Below are positions 62,401 to 64,000 of a DNA stretch of 64,000 bases, in pieces. This DNA comes from Polyangiales bacterium (GTDB taxonomy: Bacteria > Myxococcota_A > Polyangia > Polyangiales > Ga0077539): positions 32,001-96,000 of the forward strand of contig JBGARZ010000012.1 in the NCBI GenBank assembly GCA_044229975.1, given 5' to 3'. Under the pieces are notes generated by a model. It was not told the DNA's origin. It saw only the letters and a program-made list of their open reading frames with translations, and made no database searches. Every line of letters starts with the position of its first letter. Position 1 is the first letter of the stretch. Made by a program: the position numbers and the translations under genes.

Positions 62401-63167
62401 AAGGCCACCTGGAGGGCGCGGCCCTCGAAGGGGAGCTGCCCCGTGAGCAGCTCGAACACCGTCGCGCCGAAGCTGTACCAGTCGCTCGCGGCGTCGAGGG
62501 GCATCCCGAGGAGCTGCTCGGGGGACATGTACCCCATGGTGCCGAGGCCGAGGCCGTCGTTGGGCGGGGCGTCGGGCGTGAGGTCCATGACCAGCCCGAA
62601 GTCGAGCACCACGGCGCGGCCCTCCGCGGTGACCATCACGTTGGAGGGCTTGATGTCACGGTGCAGGCGCCCCTCGGCGTGCAGCGCCGCGATGGCCTCG
62701 GCGACCTGCACCAGCACCCCGCGGAGGCGACCGAGGTCGACGGCGGGCGGGTGCTCGGACGCGCGGCGGACGATACGCGGGTCGAAGCCCGAGTCGGTGG
62801 GCGAGACGTCGGTGGTCGCGCGCTCGGAGGCGAGGCCCGCGGCGGCGCGGGACACGGCGCCGTGGCTGAAGCGCAACAGGTCGACGCCGTCGATGAACTC
62901 CATGGTGATGCACCAGTCCGTGCCGTCGGACACGAGCTCGTGCAGGGTCACGAGGTTGGGGTGCACCACGTCGGCGAGGGAGCGAAACTCCCGCTTGAGC
63001 ATCCGCATGTGGGCGGACGACGCGCGGCGCATCACCTTCACGGCGACGTGTTCGTTGCGCAGGCGGTCGAAGGCGTAGAAGACGTCGCCGTAGCCGCCCG
63101 ACCCGAGCAGCGTCTCGAAGTCGAAGCGCTCGGCCATCGGTGGTTTGGGTCTGACCCGCCCTGGCAT
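59451..63167 (-). CDS. Cytoplasmic Ser/Thr kinase - P-loop ATPase - TPR protein
   Basis: GSGGYGDV, HRDIKPSN, DFG; GPSGIGKS, IDDLHWAD, GNPFF, HDRIRE; start 63167 or 63137. Confidence 0.93.
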   Translation of the reverse strand: MPGRVRPKPPMAERFDFETLLGSGGYGDVFYAFDRLRNEHVAVKVMRRASSAHMRMLKREFRSLADVVHPNLVTLHELVSDGTDWCITMEFIDGVDLLRFSHGAVSRAAAGLASERATTDVSPTDSGFDPRIVRRASEHPPAVDLGRLRGVLVQVAEAIAALHAEGRLHRDIKPSNVMVTAEGRAVVLDFGLVMDLTPDAPPNDGLGLGTMGYMSPEQLLGMPLDAASDWYSFGATVFELLTGQLPFEGRALQVAFRKNFAAPPDPRLYAPEAPADLSALCAALLASEPAARPTGADVLRALGHGVAPPPARPRPAAPGLLGREPEVAALSASFAVAARGTPALVTVSGPSGIGKSALVQQHLSALHADRSALVLSGRCYERESVPYNALEGVIEELSARLRDNPDTVDAALSQAATTITRLFPSLASVPGLVPARFRSGSIAIDPWEIRRAAAAGLRALIQRVAAERPVVIAIDDLHWADADSAELLRELLRPGALRTLQLIVSYRPEGRATNPCVRMLLDDPLGLDARALDLAALPAAACSALATLSLGRDDPEAARRVAEESLGNPFFIMELGRHLHEAGPLAPRLSLDDVVRARVARVPESARRLVEVVALAGGALPTSVAFRAVGAAGAYASLSVLRSGSLVRSLGEDGALLITFHDRIREAITAGLSAADVRAAHARLALAWESERDPEPEVLYTHHLAAGATDRAAHFAALAARRASDALAFDHAARLYRQALALGRHAAAEHRALQRDLALALSDAGRGRDSAEAWLAAAEGAPADERVDRERHAAEQLLRSGYIDEGIAVATRVLDAVGVALPSTTARSLVSLVTHRARVVARGTSFTPRSAADCDPARLARFDACWSVAAGISVIDVARAASLHSLSLLLALDLGEPARLSQALSMEAGFHAMAGPGSRAHAARMLRDARGLAERIDNPDALALVEVMEGVSSWGAGRWALAAAAFGRAFEVIDQRCSGVAWERSTAMIFRLDARYYLGDWSALLAELPHMLADARERGDRYTETLASIRFECVAGLAADDPARAKRGLRRAKDWSQAGFHSVHLVELHETVEVALYEGRGAEAWRALDDRWWALERSLLLQVQAFRIQMRYLRGRAALAAALAADSASARWWYARVAASDAARCEREKSLWGDGLASLLRAGVASLRGERAAASDAAARSARLLDAAEMRVHATVARRLRASLDGDAAAVAAADAVMTSEGVVNAGRMASMLAPVAL

Positions 63168-63232
63168 GGGGGCCGACTCTACATGAAGCGCCCCGTCGAT
63201 CGGTGCCTTCGGGCGGGTATCATCGCCGCGCC

Positions 63233-63817
63233 GTGAAGCTCTCCCGCCTGCTCGAACTCGGTCGCGTCGTGCGGGTCGTCGGCTTCGATGACGCACCCTT
63301 CCGCAAGGTGCGCGGCGCCTCCGTCGACCTCATCGGCGCGGTGTGTTCGGACACCCGCTTCGAGGGCATGCTCTGCGGCCGCGCCCGCCGCGACGGCTGG
63401 AACGCCACCGACGCCATCGCCTCGCTCCTGTGCGGGAGCAAGTACCGCGATCAGGTGCGCGTGGTGCTGCTCGACGGCATCGCCGTGGGCGGCTTCAACG
63501 TCATCGACCTGCCCGCCCTGCACGAGCGCACCGGCCTTCCGTGCGTGGCCGTGATGCGCCGCGCGCCCGACCTCGCCGCCGTGCACCGCGCCATCGGTCT
63601 GCTGCCCGACCCCGCGCGTCGGTTGCGGGTGCTCGCGCGAGCGGGGGAGATCCACCAGCGCGACGGCTTCGTCTTCCAGGTGCAGGGCGAGGAGCCCGAC
63701 GTGACGGCCCGGTTGCTCGCGCGCTTCACCCGGGAGGGCCGTGTGCCCGAGGCGCTGCGCATCGCCCACCTCGTCGGCTCGGCCGTGAAGCTCGGCGAGA
63801 GCGGGCGCGGGGTGTGA
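63233..63817 (+). CDS. DUF99 family protein (endonuclease V-related)
   Basis: VVGFDDAPF, DGWNAT, VLLDGIAVGGFNVIDL, VPEALRIAHL. Confidence 0.85.
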   Translation: MKLSRLLELGRVVRVVGFDDAPFRKVRGASVDLIGAVCSDTRFEGMLCGRARRDGWNATDAIASLLCGSKYRDQVRVVLLDGIAVGGFNVIDLPALHERTGLPCVAVMRRAPDLAAVHRAIGLLPDPARRLRVLARAGEIHQRDGFVFQVQGEEPDVTARLLARFTREGRVPEALRIAHLVGSAVKLGESGRGV

Positions 63818-64000
63818 GCCACTGGACCCATCAATGGCCTCCCGCCGCGCCGGAGTTCGCGGGACCCCATCGCAGGTGCGTGCAGTCGCTCACTCCGGGC
63901 TATTTCACGTGGTCACCTCGCTGCGCGAGGTTGCAGCACCGGGTACCGCGAGCAACCCATCCACCACTCAATGGGCAACCATGAGTTCGTGCAACCTCGC

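Overview
High-GC (roughly 70%, by eye), gene-dense chromosomal window. The gene content points to Myxococcota, probably Polyangiales-like (inference): three Hanks-type Ser/Thr kinases, an FHA-sigma54 activator, PEGA and Cys-rich repeat lipoproteins, and a MYXO-CTERM-like tail. About 45 CDSs are supported; no tRNA, rRNA, CRISPR array, transposase or integrase was seen. Recognisable genes include clpB, coaE, a frameshifted trpF, a Septu (PtuAB)-like ATPase+HNH defence pair, an orphan N6-adenine methyltransferase, a P2A-type ATPase and a prokaryotic pentameric ligand-gated ion channel. The most unusual signals are: (1) a 252-nt element with 93-bp inverted arms, fully paired on the sense strand, lying between a Zn-phospholipase C-family gene and the orphan methyltransferase; (2) a phospholipase/pLGIC divergon with an AT-rich tandem palindrome between the genes; (3) a P-type ATPase lacking three of the four canonical Ca2+-site carboxylates; (4) TAnnnT hexamers 6-10 nt before many start codons, suggesting leaderless transcription; (5) a dispersed ~30-bp REP/REPIN-like repeat; (6) a GAFTGA-less, HTH-less sigma54-type AAA gene next to the Septu pair; (7) a small basic XRE-like protein with a long Lys/Arg insertion. 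All calls are motif-based by eye; no searches were run.
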